DNA of 64,000 bases from Eledone cirrhosa (lineage: Eukaryota). The notes beneath the pieces were generated by a model. It was not told the DNA's origin. It ran no database searches and worked only from the letters and a program-made list of their open reading frames with translations. The DNA is taken from assembly GCA_964016885.1 (NCBI GenBank), contig OZ024758.1, positions 34,596,001-34,660,000 of the forward strand, given 5' to 3'. Below, piece after piece: positions 28,169-42,621 of this stretch (position 1 is the stretch's first letter; the number at the start of each line of letters is the position of its first letter). The position numbers were made by a program, and so were the translations under genes.

Positions 28169-31100
28169 ATGGTATTAGCTGTCAGAAGTAACTCCAATGT
28201 TGGTGAGAATTCATTTAAGTTCATGGTATTAGCTGTCAGAAGTCACTCCACTGTTGGTGAGAATTCATTTAAGTTCATGGTACTAGCTGTCAGAAGTAAC
28301 CCCAATGTTGGTGAGAATTCATTTAAGTTCATGGTATTAGCTGTCAGAAGTCACTCCAATGTTGGTGAGAATTCATTTAAGTTCATGGTATTAGCTGTCA
28401 GAAGTAACTCCACTGTTGGTGAGAATTCATTTAAGTTCATGGTATTAGCTGTCAGAAGTAACTCCACTGTTGGTGAGAATTCATTTAAGTTCATGGTATT
28501 AGCTGTCAGAAGTAACTCCACTGTTGGTGAGAATTCATTTAAGTTCATGGTATTAGCTGTCAGAAGGAACTCCAATGTTGGTGAGAATTCATTTAAGTCA
28601 TGGTACTAGCTGTCAGAAGTAACTCCACTGTTGGTGAGAATTCATTTAAGTTCATGGTATTAGCTGTCAGAAGGAACGCCACTGTTGGTGAGAATTCATT
28701 TAAATTCATGGTATTAGCTGTCAGAAGTAACTCCACTGTTGGTGAGAATTCATTTAAGTTCATGGTACTAGCTGTCAGAAGTAACTCCAATGTTGGTGAG
28801 AATTCATTTAAGTTCATGGTATTAGCTGTCAGAAGTAACTCCACTGTTGGTGAGAATTCATTTAAGTTCATGGTATTAGCTGTCAGAAGTCATTCCAATG
28901 TTGGTGAGAATTCATTTAAGTCATGGTACTAGCTGTCAGAAGTAACTCCACTGTTGGTGAGAATTCATTTAAGTTCATTGTATTAGCTGTCAGAAGGAAC
29001 GCCACTGTTGGTGAGAATTCATTTAAGTTCATGGTATTAGCTGTCAGAAGTAACTCCACTGTTGGTGAGAATTCATTTAAGTTCATGGTACTAGCTGTCA
29101 GAAGTAACTCCAATGTTGGTGAGAATTCATTTAAGTTCATGGTATTAGCTGTCAGAAGGAACTCCACTGTTGCTGAGAATTCATTTAAGTTCATGGTATT
29201 AGCTGTCAGAAGTAACTCCACTGTTGGTGAGAATTCATTTAAGTTCATGGTACTAGCTGTCAGAAGTCACTCCACTGTTGGTGAGAATACATTTAAGTTC
29301 ATGGTACTAGCTGTCAGAAGTAACCCCAATGTTGGTGAGAATTCATTTAAGTTCATGGTATTAGCTGTCAGAAGTCACTCCAATGTTGGTGAGAATTCAT
29401 TTAAGTTCATGGTATTAGCTGTCAGAAGTAACTCCACTGTTGGTAAGAATTCATTTAAGTTCATGGTATTAGCTGTCAGAAGTAACTCCACTCTTGGTGA
29501 GAATTCATTTAAGTTCATGGTATTAGCTGTCAGAAGGAACGCCACTGTTGGTGAGAATTCATTTAAGTTCATGGTATTAGCTGTCAGAAGTAACTCCACT
29601 GTTGGTGAGAATTCATTTAAGTTCATGGTACTAGCTGTCAGAAGTAACTCCACTGTTGGTGAGAATTCATTTAAGTTCATGGTATTAGCTGTCAGAAGTC
29701 ACTCCAATGTTGGTGAGAATTCATTTAAGTTCATGGTATTAGCTGTCAGAAGTCACTCCACTGTTGGTGAGAATTCATTTAAGTTCATGGTACTAGCTGT
29801 CAGAAGTAACCCCAATGTTGGTGAGAATTCATTTAAGTTCATGGTATTAGCTGTCAGAAGTCACTCCAATGTTGGTGAGAATTCATTTAAGTTCATGGTA
29901 TTAGCTGTCAGAAGTAACTCCACTGTTGGTGAGAATTCATTTAAGTTCATGGTATTAGCTGTCAGAAGTAACTCCACTGTTGGTGAGAATTCATTTAAGT
30001 TCATGGTATTAGCTGTCAGAAGTAACTCCACTGTTGGTGAGAATTCATTTAAGTTCATGGTACTAGCTGTCAGAAGTAACCCCAATGTTGGTGAGAATTC
30101 ATTTAAGTTCATGGGATTAGCTGTCAGAAGTCACTCCAATGTTGGTGAGAATTCATTTAAGTTCATGGTATTAGCTGTCAGAAGTAACTCCACTGTTGGT
30201 GAGAATTCATTTAAGTTCATGGTATTAGCTGTCAGAAGTAACTCCACTGTTGGTGAGAATTCATTTAAGTTCATGGTATTAGCTGTCAGAAGTAACTCCA
30301 CTGTTGGTGAGAATTCATTTAAGTTCATGGTATTAGCTGTCAGAAGGAACTCCAATGTTGGTGAGAATTCATTTAAGTCATGGTACTAGCTGTCAGAAGT
30401 AACTCCACTGTTGGTGAGAATTCATTTAAGTTCATGGTATTAGATGTCAGAAGGAACGCCACTGTTGGTAAAAATTCATTTAAATTCATGGTATTAGCTG
30501 TCAGAAGTAACTCCACTGTTGGTGAGAATTCATTTAAGTTCATGGTATTAGCTGTCAGAAGTCACTCCAATGTTGGTGAGAATTCATTTAAGTTCATGGT
30601 ATTAGCTGTCAGAAGTAACTCCACTGTTGGTAAGAATTCATTTAAGTTCATGGTATTAGCTGTCAGAAGTAACTCCACTGTTGGTGAGAATTCATTTAAG
30701 TTCATGGTATTAGCTGTCAGAAGGAACGCCACTGTTGGTGAGAATTCATTTAAGTTCATGGTATTAGCTGTCAGAAGTAACTCCACTGTTGGTGAGAATT
30801 CATTTAAGTTCATGGTACTAGCTGTCAGAAGTAACTCCACTGTTGGTGAGAATTCATTTAAGTTCATGGTATTAGCTGTCAGAAGGAACGCCACTGTTGG
30901 TGAGAATTCATTTAAGTTCATGGTATTAGCTGTCAGAAGTAACTCCACTGTTGGTGAGAATTCATTTAAGTTCATGGTACTAGCTGTCAGAAGTAACTCC
31001 ACTGTTGGTGAGAATTCATTTAAGTTCATGGTATTAGCTGTCAGAAGTCACTCCAATGTTGGTGAGAATTCATTTAAGTTCATGGTATTAGCTGTCAGAA

Positions 31101-34100
31101 GTCACTCCACTGTTGGTGAGAATTCATTTAAGTTCATGGTACTAGCTGTCAGAAGTAACCCCAATGTTGGTGAGAATTCATTTAAGTTCATGGTCTTAGC
31201 TGTCAGAAGTCACTCCAATGTTGGTGAGAATTCATTTAAGTTCATGGTATTAGCTGTCAGAAGTAACTCCACTGTTGGTGAGAATTCATTTAAGTTCATG
31301 GTATTAGCTGTCAGAAGTAACTCCACTGTTGGTGAGAATTCATTTAAGTTCATGGTATTAGCTGTCAGAAGTAACTCCACTGTTGGTGAGAATTCATTTA
31401 AGTCATGGTATTAGCTGTCAGAAGTAACTCCAATGTTGGTGAGAATTCATTTAAGTTCATGGTATTAGCTGTCAGAAGTCACTCCACTGTTGGTGAGAAT
31501 TCATTTAAGTTCATGGTACTAGCTGTCAGAAGTAACCCCAATGTTGGTGAGAATTCATTTAAGTTCATGGTATTAGCTGTCAGAAGTCACTCCAATGTTG
31601 GTGAGAATTCATTTAAGTTCATGGTATTAGCTGTCAGAAGTAACTCCACTGTTGGTGAGAATTCATTTAAGTTCATGTTATTAGCTGTCAGAAGTAACTC
31701 CACTGTTGGTGAGAATTCATTTAAGTTCATTGTATTAGCTGTCAGAAGGAACGCCACTGTTGGTGAGAATTCATTTAAGTTCATTGTATTAGCTGTCAGA
31801 AGTAACTCCACTGTTGGTGAGAATTCATTTAAGTTCATGGTACTAGCTGTCAGAAGTAACTCCAATGTTGGTGAGAATTCATTTAAGTACATGGTATTAG
31901 CTGTCAGAAGGAACTCCACTGTTGCTGAGAATTCATTTAAGTTCATGGTATTAGCTGTCAGAAGTAACTCCACTGTTGGTGAGAATTCATTTAAGTTCAT
32001 GGTATTAGCTGTCAGAAGTCACTCCACTGTTGGTGAGAATACATTTAAGTTGATGGTACTAGCTGTCAGAAGTAACCCCAATGTTGGTGAGAATTCATTT
32101 AAGTTCATGGTATTAGCTGTCAGAAGTCACTCCAATGTTGGTGAGAATTCATTTAAGTTCATGGTATTAGCTGTCAGAAGTAACTCCACTGTTGGTAAGA
32201 ATTCATTTAAGTTCATGGTATTAGCTGTCAGAAGTAACTCCACTGTTGGTGTGAATTCATTTAAGTTCATGGTATTAGCTGTCAGAAGGAACGCCACTGT
32301 TGGTGAGAATTCATTTAAGTTCATGGTATTAGCTGTCAGAAGTAACTCCACTGTTGGTGAGAATTCATTTAAGTTCATGGTACTAGCTGTCAGAAGTAAC
32401 TCCACTGTTGGTGAGAATTCATTTAAGTTCATGGTATTAGCTGTCAGAAGTCACTCCAATGTTGGTGAGAATTCATTTAAGTTCATGGTATTAGCTGTCA
32501 GAAGTCACTCCACTGTTGGTGAGAATTCATTTAAGTTCATGGTACTAGCTGTCAGAAGTAACCCCAATGTTGGTGAGAATTCATTTAAGTTCATGGTATT
32601 AGCTGTCAGAAGTCACTCCAATGTTGGTGAGAATTCATTTAAGTTCATGGTATTAGCTGTCAGAAGTCACTCCACTGTTGGTGAGAATTCATTTAAGTTC
32701 ATGGTACTAGCTGTCAGAAGTAACCCCAATGTTGGTGAGAATTCATTTAAGTTCATGGTATTAGCTGTCAGAAGTAACTCCACTGTTGGTGAGAATTCAT
32801 TTAAGTTCATGGTATTAGCTGTCAGAAGTAACTCCACTGTTGGTGAGAATTCATTTAAGTCATGGTATTAGCTGTCAGAAGTAACTCCAATGTTGGTGAG
32901 AATTCATTTAAGTTCATGGTATTAGCTGTCAGAAGTCACTCCACTGTTGGTGAGAATTCATTTAAGTTCATGGTACTAGCTGTCAGAAGTAACCCCAATG
33001 TTGGTGAGAATTCATTTAAGTTCATGGTATTAGCTGTCAGAAGTCACTCCAATGTTGGTGAGAATTCATTTAAGTTCATGGTATTAGCTGTCAGAAGTAA
33101 CTCCACTGTTGGTAAGAATTCATTTAAGTTCATGGTATTAGCTGTCAGAAGTAACTCCACTGTTGGTGTGAATTCATTTAAGTTCATGGTATTAGCTGTC
33201 AGAAGGAACGCCACTGTTGGTGAGAATTCATTTAAGTTCATGGTATTAGCTGTCAGAAGTAACTCCACTGTTGGTGAGAATTCATTTAAGTTCATGGTAC
33301 TAGCTGTCAGAAGTAACTCCACTGTTGGTGAGAATTCATTTAAGTTCATGGTATTAGCTGTCAGAAGTCACTCCAATGTTGGTGAGAATTCATTTTAGTT
33401 CATGGTATTAGCTGTCAGAAGTCACTCAACTGTTGGTGAGAATTCATTTAAGTTCATGGTATTAGCTGTCAGAAGTAACTCCACTGTTGGTAAGAATTCA
33501 TTTAAGTTCATGGTATTAGCTGTCAGAAGTAACTCCACTGTTGGTAAGAATTCATTTAAGTTCATGGTATTAGCTGTCAGAAGTAACTCCACTGTTGGTA
33601 AGAATTCATTTAAGTTCATGGTATTAGCTGTCAGAAGTAACTCCACTGTTGGTGTGAATTCATTTAAGTTCATGGTATTAGCTGTCAGAAGGAACGCCAC
33701 TGTTGGTGAGAATTCATTTAAGTTCATGGTATTAGCTGTCAGAAGTAACTCCACTGTTGGTGAGAATTCATTTAAGTTCATGGTACTAGCTGTCAGAAGT
33801 AACTCCACTGTTGGTGAGAATTCATTTAAGTTCATGGTATTAGCTGTCAGAAGTCACTCCAATGTTGGTGAGAATTCATTTAAGTTCATGGTATTAGCTG
33901 TCAGAAGTCACTCCACTGTTGGTGAGAATTCATTTAAGTTCATGGTACTAGCTGTCAGAAGTAACCCCAATGTTGGTGAGAATTCATTTAAGTTCATGGT
34001 ATTAGCTGTCAGAAGTCACTCCAATGTTGGTGAGAATTCATTTAAGTTCATGGTATTAGCTGTCAGAAGTCACTCCACTGTTGGTGAGAATTCATTTAAG

Positions 34101-34372
34101 TTCATGGTACTAGCTGTCAGAAGTAACCCCAATGTTGGTGAGAATTCATTTAAGTTCATGGTATTAGCTGTCAGAAGTCACTCCAATGTTGGTGAGAATT
34201 CATTTAAGTTCATGGTATTAGCTGTCAGAAGTAACTCCACTGTTGGTGAGAATTCATTTAAGTTCATGGTACTAGCTGTCAGAAGTAACTCCACTGTTGG
34301 TGAGAATTCATTTAAGTTCATGGTATTAGCTGTCAGAAGTAACTCCAATGTTGGTGAGAATTCATTTAAGTC

Positions 34373-37300
34373 ATGGTACTAGCTGTCAGAAGTAACTCCA
34401 CTGTTGGTGAGAATTCATTTAAGTCATGGTATTAGCTGTCAGAAGTAACTCCAATGTTGGTGAGAATTCATTTAAGTTCATGGTATTAGCTGTCAGAAGT
34501 CACTCCACTGTTGGTGAGAATTCATTTAAGTTCATGGTACTAGCTGTCAGAAGTAACCCCAATGTTGGTGAGAATTCATTTAAGTTCATGGTATTAGCTG
34601 TCAGAAGTCACTCCAATGTTGGTGAGAATTCATTTAAGTTCATGGTATTAGCTGTCAGAAGTAACTCCACTGTTGGTGAGAATTCATTTAAGTTCATGGT
34701 ATTAGCTGTCAGAAGTAACTCCACTGTTGGTGAGAATTCATTTAAGTTCATTGTATTAGCTGTCAGAAGGAACGCCACTGTTGGTGAGAATTCATTTAAG
34801 TTCATGGTATTAGCTGTCAGAAGTAACTCCACTGTTGGTGAGAATTCATTTAAGTTCATGGTACTAGCTGTCAGAAGTAACTCCAATGTTGGTGAGAATT
34901 CATTTAAGTTCATGGTATTAGCTGTCAGAAGGAACTCCACTGTTGCTGAGAATTCATTTAAGTTCATGGTATTAGCTGTCAGAAGTAACTCCACTGTTGG
35001 TGAGAATTCATTTAAGTTCATGGTACTAGCTGTCAGAAGTCACTCCACTGTTGGTGAGAATACATTTAAGTTCATGGTACTAGCTGTCAGAAGTAACCCC
35101 AATGTTGGTGAGAATTCATTTAAGTTCATGGTATTAGCTGTCAGAAGTCACTCCAATGTTGGTGAGATTTCATTTAAGTTCATGGTATTAGCTGTCAGAA
35201 GTAACTCCACTGTTGGTAAGAATTCATTTAAGTTCATGGTATTAGCTGTCAGAAGTAACTCCACTGTTGGTGAGAATTCATTTAAGTTCATGGTATTAGC
35301 TGTCAGAAGGAACGCCACTGTTGGTGAGAATTCATTTAAGTTCATGGTATTAGCTGTCAGAAGTAACTCCACTGTTGGTGAGAATTCATTTAAGTTCATG
35401 GTACTAGCTGTCAGAAGTAACTCCACTGTTGGTGAGAATTCATTTAAGTTCATGGTATTAGCTGTCAGAAGTCACTCCAATGTTGGTGAGAATTCATTTA
35501 AGTTCATGGTATTAGCTGTCAGAAGTCACTCCACTGTTGGTGAGAATTCATTTAAGTTCATGGTACTAGCTGTCAGAAGTAACCCCAATGTTGGTGAGAA
35601 TTCATTTAAGTTCATGGTATTAGCTGTCAGAAGTCACTCCAATGTTGGTGAGAATTCATTTAAGTTCATGGTATTAGCTGTCAGAAGTAACTCCACTGTT
35701 GGTGATAATTCATTTAAGTTCATGGTATTAGCTGTCAGAAGTAACTCCACTGTTGGTGAGAATTCATTTAAGTTCATGGTATTAGCTGTCAGAAGTAACT
35801 CCACTGTTGGTGAGAATTCATTTAAGTCATGGTATTAGCTGTCAGAAGTAACTCCAATGTTGGTGAGAATTCATTTAAGTTCATGGTATTAGCTGTCAGA
35901 AGTCACTCCACTGTTGGTGAGAATTCATTTAAGTTCATGGTACTAGCTGTCAGAAGTAACCCCAATGTTGGTGAGAATTCATTTAAGTTCATGGTATTAG
36001 CTGTCAGAAGTCACTCCAATGTTGGTGAGAATTCATTTAAGTTCATGGTATTAGCTGTCAGAAGTCACTCCACTGTTGGTGAGAATTCATTTAAGTTCAT
36101 GGTACTAGCTGTCAGAAGTAACCCCAATGTTGGTGAGAATTCATTTAAGTTCATGGTATTAGCTGTCAGAAGTCACTCCAATGTTGGTGAGAATTCATTT
36201 AAGTTCATGGTATTAGCTGTCAGAAGTAACTCCACTGTTGGTGAGAATTCATTTAAGTTCATGGTACTAGCTGTCAGAAGTAACCCCAATGTTGGTGAGA
36301 ATTCATTTAAGTTCATGGTATTAGCTGTCAGAAGTCACTCCAATGTTGGTGAGAATTCATTTAAGTTCATGGTATTAGCTGTCAGAAGTAACTCCACTGT
36401 TGGTGAGAATTCATTTAAGTTCATGGTACTAGCTGTCAGAAGTAACTCCACTGTTGGTGAGAATTCATTTAAGTTCATGGTATTAGCTGTCAGAAGTAAC
36501 TCCAATGTTGGTGAGAATTCATTTAAGTCATGGTACTAGCTGTCAGAAGTAACTCCACTGTTGGTGAGAATTCATTTAAGTCATGGTATTAGCTGTCAGA
36601 AGTAACTCCAATGTTGGTGAGAATTCATTTAAGTTCATGGTATTAGCTGTCAGAAGTCACTCCACTGTTGGTGAGAATTCATTTAAGTTCATGGTACTAG
36701 CTGTCAGAAGTAACCCCAATGTTGGTGGAGAATTCATTTAAGTTCATGGTATTAGCTGTCAGAAGTCACTCCAATGTTGGTGAGAATTCATTTAAGTTCA
36801 TGGTATTAGCTGTCAGAAGTAACTCCACTGTTGGTGAGAATTCATTTAAGTTCATGGTATTAGCTGTCAGAAGTAACTCCACTGTTGGTGAGAATTCATT
36901 TAAGTTCATTGTATTAGCTGTCAGAAGGAACGCCACTGTTGGTGAGAATTCATTTAAGTTCATGGTATTAGCTGTCAGAAGTAACTCCACTGTTGGTGAG
37001 AATTCATTTAAGTTCATGGTACTAGCTGTCAGAAGTAACTCCAATGTTGGTGAGAATTCATTTAAGTTCATGGTATTAGCTGTCAGAAGGAACTCCACTG
37101 TTGCTGAGAATTCATTTAAGTTCATGGTATTAGCTGTCAGAAGTAACTCCACTGTTGGTGAGAATTCATTTAAGTTCATGGTACTAGCTGTCAGAAGTCA
37201 CTCCACTGTTGGTGAGAATACATTTAAGTTCATGGTACTAGCTGTCAGAAGTAACCCCAATGTTGGTGAGAATTCATTTAAGTTCATGGTATTAGCTGTC

Positions 37301-40300
37301 AGAAGTCACTCCAATGTTGGTGAGATTTCATTTAAGTTCATGGTATTAGCTGTCAGAAGTAACTCCACTGTTGGTAAGAATTCATTTAAGTTCATGGTAT
37401 TAGCTGTCAGAAGTAACTCCACTGTTGGTGAGAATTCATTTAAGTTCATGGTATTAGCTGTCAGAAGGAACGCCACTGTTGGTGAGAATTCATTTAAGTT
37501 CATGGTATTAGCTGTCAGAAGTAACTCCAATGTTGGTGAGAATTCATTTAAGTCATGGTACTAGCTGTCAGAAGTAACTCCACTGTTGGTGAGAATTCAT
37601 TTAAGTCATGGTATTAGCTGTCAGAAGTAACTCCAATGTTGGTGAGAATTCATTTAAGTTCATGGTATTAGCTGTCAGAAGTAACTCCACTGTTGGTGAG
37701 AATTCATTTAAGTTCATGGTACTAGCTGTCAGAAGTAACCCCAATGTTGGTGAGAATTCATTTAAGTTCATGGTATTAGCTGTCAGAAGTCACTCCAATG
37801 TTGGTGAGAATTCATTTAAGTTCATGGTATTAGCTGTCAGAAGTAACTCCACTGTTGGTGAGAATTCATTTAAGTTCATGGTACTAGCTGTCAGAAGTAA
37901 CTCCACTGTTGGTGAGAATTCATTTAAGTTCATGGTATTAGCTGTCAGAAGTAACTCCAATGTTGGTGAGAATTCATTTAAGTCATGGTACTAGCTGTCA
38001 GAAGTAACTCCACTGTTGGTGAGAATTCATTTAAGTCATGGTATTAGCTGTCAGAAGTAACTCCAATGTTGGTGAGAATTCATTTAAGTTCATGGTATTA
38101 GCTGTCAGAAGTCACTCCACTGTTGGTGAGAATTCATTTAAGTTCATGGTACTAGCTGTCAGAAGTAACCCCAATGTTGGTGAGAATTCATTTAAGTTCA
38201 TGGTATTAGCTGTCAGAAGTCACTCCAATGTTGGTGAGAATTCATTTAAGTTCATGGTATTAGCTGTCAGAAGTAACTCCACTGTTGGTGAGAATTCATT
38301 TAAGTTCATGGTATTAGCTGTCAGAAGTAACTCCACTGTTGGTGAGAATTCATTTAAGTTCATTGTATTAGCTGTCAGAAGGAACGCCACTGTTGGTGAG
38401 AATTCATTTAAGTTCATGGTATTAGCTGTCAGAAGTAACTCCACTGTTGGTGAGAATTCATTTAAGTTCATGGTACTAGCTGTCAGAAGTAACTCCAATG
38501 TTGGTGAGAATTCATTTAAGTTCATGGTATTAGCTGTCAGAAGGAACTCCACTGTTGCTGAGAATTCATTTAAGTTCATGGTATTAGCTGTCAGAAGTAA
38601 CTCCACTGTTGGTGAGAATTCATTTAAGTTCATGGTACTAGCTGTCAGAAGTCACTCCACTGTTGGTGAGAATACATTTAAGTTCATGGTACTAGCTGTC
38701 AGAAGTAACCCCAATGTTGGTGAGAATTCATTTAAGTTCATGGTATTAGCTGTCAGAAGTCACTCCAATGTTGGTGAGATTTCATTTAAGTTCATGGTAT
38801 TAGCTGTCAGAAGTAACTCCACTGTTGGTAAGAATTCATTTAAGTTCATGGTATTAGCTGTCAGAAGTAACTCCACTGTTGGTGAGAATTCATTTAAGTT
38901 CATGGTATTAGCTGTCAGAAGGAACGCCACTGTTGGTGAGAATTCATTTAAGTTCATGTTATTAGCTGTCAGAAGTAACTCCAATGTTGGTGAGAATTCA
39001 TTTAAGTCATGGTACTAGCTGTCAGAAGTAACTCCACTGTTGGTGAGAATTCATTTAAGTCATGGTATTAGCTGTCAGAAGTAACTCCAATGTTGGTGAG
39101 AATTCATTTAAGTTCATGGTATTAGCTGTCAGAAGTCACTCCACTGTTGGTGAGAATTCATTTAAGTTCATGGTACTAGCTGTCAGAAGTAACCCCAATG
39201 TTGGTGAGAATTCATTTAAGTTCATGGTATTAGCTGTCAGAAGTCACTCCAATGTTGGTGAGAATTCATTTAAGTTCATGGTATTAGCTGTCAGAAGTAA
39301 CTCCACTGTTGGTGAGAATTCATTTAAGTTCATGGTATTAGCTGTCAGAAGTAACTCCACTGTTGGTGAGAATTCATTTAAGTTCATTGTATTAGCTGTC
39401 AGAAGGAACGCCACTGTTGGTGAGAATTCATTTAAGTTCATGGTATTAGCTGTCAGAAGTAACTCCACTGTTGGTGAGAATTCATTTAAGTTCATGGTAC
39501 TAGCTGTCAGAAGTAACTCCAATGTTGGTGAGAATTCATTTAAGTTCATGGTATTAGCTGTCAGAAGGAACTCCACTGTTGCTGAGAATTCATTTAAGTT
39601 CATGGTATTAGCTGTCAGAAGTAACTCCACTGTTGGTGAGAATTCATTTAAGTTCATGGTACTAGCTGTCAGAAGTCACTCCACTGTTGGTGAGAATACA
39701 TTTAAGTTCATGGTACTAGCTGTCAGAAGTAACCCCAATGTTGGTGAGAATTCATTTAAGTTCATGGTATTAGCTGTCAGAAGTCACTCCAATGTTGGTG
39801 AGATTTCATTTAAGTTCATGGTATTAGCTGTCAGAAGTAACTCCACTGTTGGTAAGAATTCATTTAAGTTCATGGTATTAGCTGTCAGAAGTAACTCCAC
39901 TGTTGGTGAGAATTCATTTAAGTTCATGGTATTAGCTGTCAGAAGGAACGCCACTGTTGGTGAGAATTCATTTAAGTTCATGGTATTAGCTGTCAGAAGT
40001 AACTCCACTGTTGGTGAGAATTCATTTAAGTTCATGGTACTAGCTGTCAGAAGTAACTCCACTGTTGGTGAGAATTCATTTAAGTTCATGGTATTAGCTG
40101 TCAGAAGTCACTCCAATGTTGGTGAGAATTCATTTAAGTTCATGGTATTAGCTGTCAGAAGTCACTCCACTGTTGGTGAGAATTCATTTAAGTTCATGGT
40201 ACTAGCTGTCAGAAGTAACCCCAATGTTGGTGAGAATTCATTTAAGTTCATGGTATTAGCTGTCAGAAGTCACTCCAATGTTGGTGAGAATTCATTTAAG

Positions 40301-42621
40301 TTCATGGTATTAGCTGTCAGAAGTAACTCCACTGTTGGTGATAATTCATTTAAGTTCATGGTATTAGCTGTCAGAAGTAACTCCACTGTTGGTGAGAATT
40401 CATTTAAGTTCATGGTATTAGCTGTCAGAAGTAACTCCACTGTTGGTGAGAATTCATTTAAGTCATGGTATTAGCTGTCAGAAGTAACTCCAATGTTGGT
40501 GAGAATTCATTTAAGTTCATGGTATTAGCTGTCAGAAGTCACTCCACTGTTGGTGAGAATTCATTTAAGTTCATGGTACTAGCTGTCAGAAGTAACCCCA
40601 ATGTTGGTGAGAATTCATTTAAGTTCATGGTATTAGCTGTCAGAAGTCACTCCAATGTTGGTGAGAATTCATTTAAGTTCATGGTATTAGCTGTCAGAAG
40701 TCACTCCACTGTTGGTGAGAATTCATTTAAGTTCATGGTACTAGCTGTCAGAAGTAACCCCAATGTTGGTGAGAATTCATTTAAGTTCATGGTATTAGCT
40801 GTCAGAAGTCACTCCAATGTTGGTGAGAATTCATTTAAGTTCATGGTATTAGCTGTCAGAAGTAACTCCACTGTTGGTGAGAATTCATTTAAGTTCATGG
40901 TACTAGCTGTCAGAAGTAACCCCAATGTTGGTGAGAATTCATTTAAGTTCATGGTATTAGCTGTCAGAAGTCACTCCAATGTTGGTGAGAATTCATTTAA
41001 GTTCATGGTATTAGCTGTCAGAAGTAACTCCACTGTTGGTGAGAATTCATTTAAGTTCATGGTACTAGCTGTCAGAAGTAACTCCACTGTTGGTGAGAAT
41101 TCATTTAAGTTCATGGTATTAGCTGTCAGAAGTAACTCCAATGTTGGTGAGAATTCATTTAAGTCATGGTACTAGCTGTCAGAAGTAACTCCACTGTTGG
41201 TGAGAATTCATTTAAGTCATGGTATTAGCTGTCAGAAGTAACTCCAATGTTGGTGAGAATTCATTTAAGTTCATGGTATTAGCTGTCAGAAGTCACTCCA
41301 CTGTTGGTGAGAATTCATTTAAGTTCATGGTACTAGCTGTCAGAAGTAACCCCAATGTTGGTGAGAATTCATTTAAGTTCATGGTATTAGCTGTCAGAAG
41401 TCACTCCAATGTTGGTGAGAATTCATTTAAGTTCATGGTATTAGCTGTCAGAAGTAACTCCACTGTTGGTGAGAATTCATTTAAGTTCATGGTATTAGCT
41501 GTCAGAAGTAACTCCACTGTTGGTGAGAATTCATTTAAGTTCATTGTATTAGCTGTCAGAAGGAACGCCACTGTTGGTGAGAATTCATTTAAGTTCATGG
41601 TATTAGCTGTCAGAAGTAACTCCACTGTTGGTGAGAATTCATTTAAGTTCATGGTACTAGCTGTCAGAAGTAACTCCAATGTTGGTGAGAATTCATTTAA
41701 GTTCATGGTATTAGCTGTCAGAAGGAACTCCACTGTTGCTGAGAATTCATTTAAGTTCATGGTATTAGCTGTCAGAAGTAACTCCACTGTTGGTGAGAAT
41801 TCATTTAAGTTCATGGTACTAGCTGTCAGAAGTCACTCCACTGTTGGTGAGAATACATTTAAGTTCATGGTACTAGCTGTCAGAAGTAACCCCAATGTTG
41901 GTGAGAATTCATTTAAGTTCATGGTATTAGCTGTCAGAAGTCACTCCAATGTTGGTGAGATTTCATTTAAGTTCATGGTATTAGCTGTCAGAAGTAACTC
42001 CACTGTTGGTAAGAATTCATTTAAGTTCATGGTATTAGCTGTCAGAAGTAACTCCACTGTTGGTGAGAATTCATTTAAGTTCATGGTATTAGCTGTCAGA
42101 AGGAACGCCACTGTTGGTGAGAATTCATTTAAGTTCATGGTATTAGCTGTCAGAAGTAACTCCACTGTTGGTGAGAATTCATTTAAGTTCATGGTACTAG
42201 CTGTCAGAAGTAACTCCACTGTTGGTGAGAATTCATTTAAGTTCATGGTATTAGCTGTCAGAAGTCACTCCAATGTTGGTGAGAATTCATTTAAGTTCAT
42301 GGTATTAGCTGTCAGAAGTCACTCCACTGTTGGTGAGAATTCATTTAAGTTCATGGTACTAGCTGTCAGAAGTAACCCCAATGTTGGTGAGAATTCATTT
42401 AAGTTCATGGTATTAGCTGTCAGAAGTCACTCCAATGTTGGTGAGAATTCATTTAAGTTCATGGTATTAGCTGTCAGAAGTAACTCCACTGTTGGTGATA
42501 ATTCATTTAAGTTCATGGTATTAGCTGTCAGAAGTAACTCCACTGTTGGTGAGAATTCATTTAAGTTCATGGTATTAGCTGTCAGAAGTAACTCCACTGT
42601 TGGTGAGAATTCATTTAAGTC
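34373..42621. repeat. Zone of 40-monomer (2157 bp) HOR with truncated derivatives
   Basis: 26-mer + 13-mer + single 53-bp unit; 34426 to 36583 and 39062 to 41219 are both 2157 bp. Private GAGATT in monomers 35128, 37286, 38740, 39764, 41921; GATAAT in 35668, 40304, 42461. Confidence 0.88.

Noticed and set aside
36727-36728. Single G insertion (GGTGGAG)
   Set aside because: Singleton absent from the paralogous 34426, 39062 and 41219 blocks; cannot be told apart from a sequencing error.
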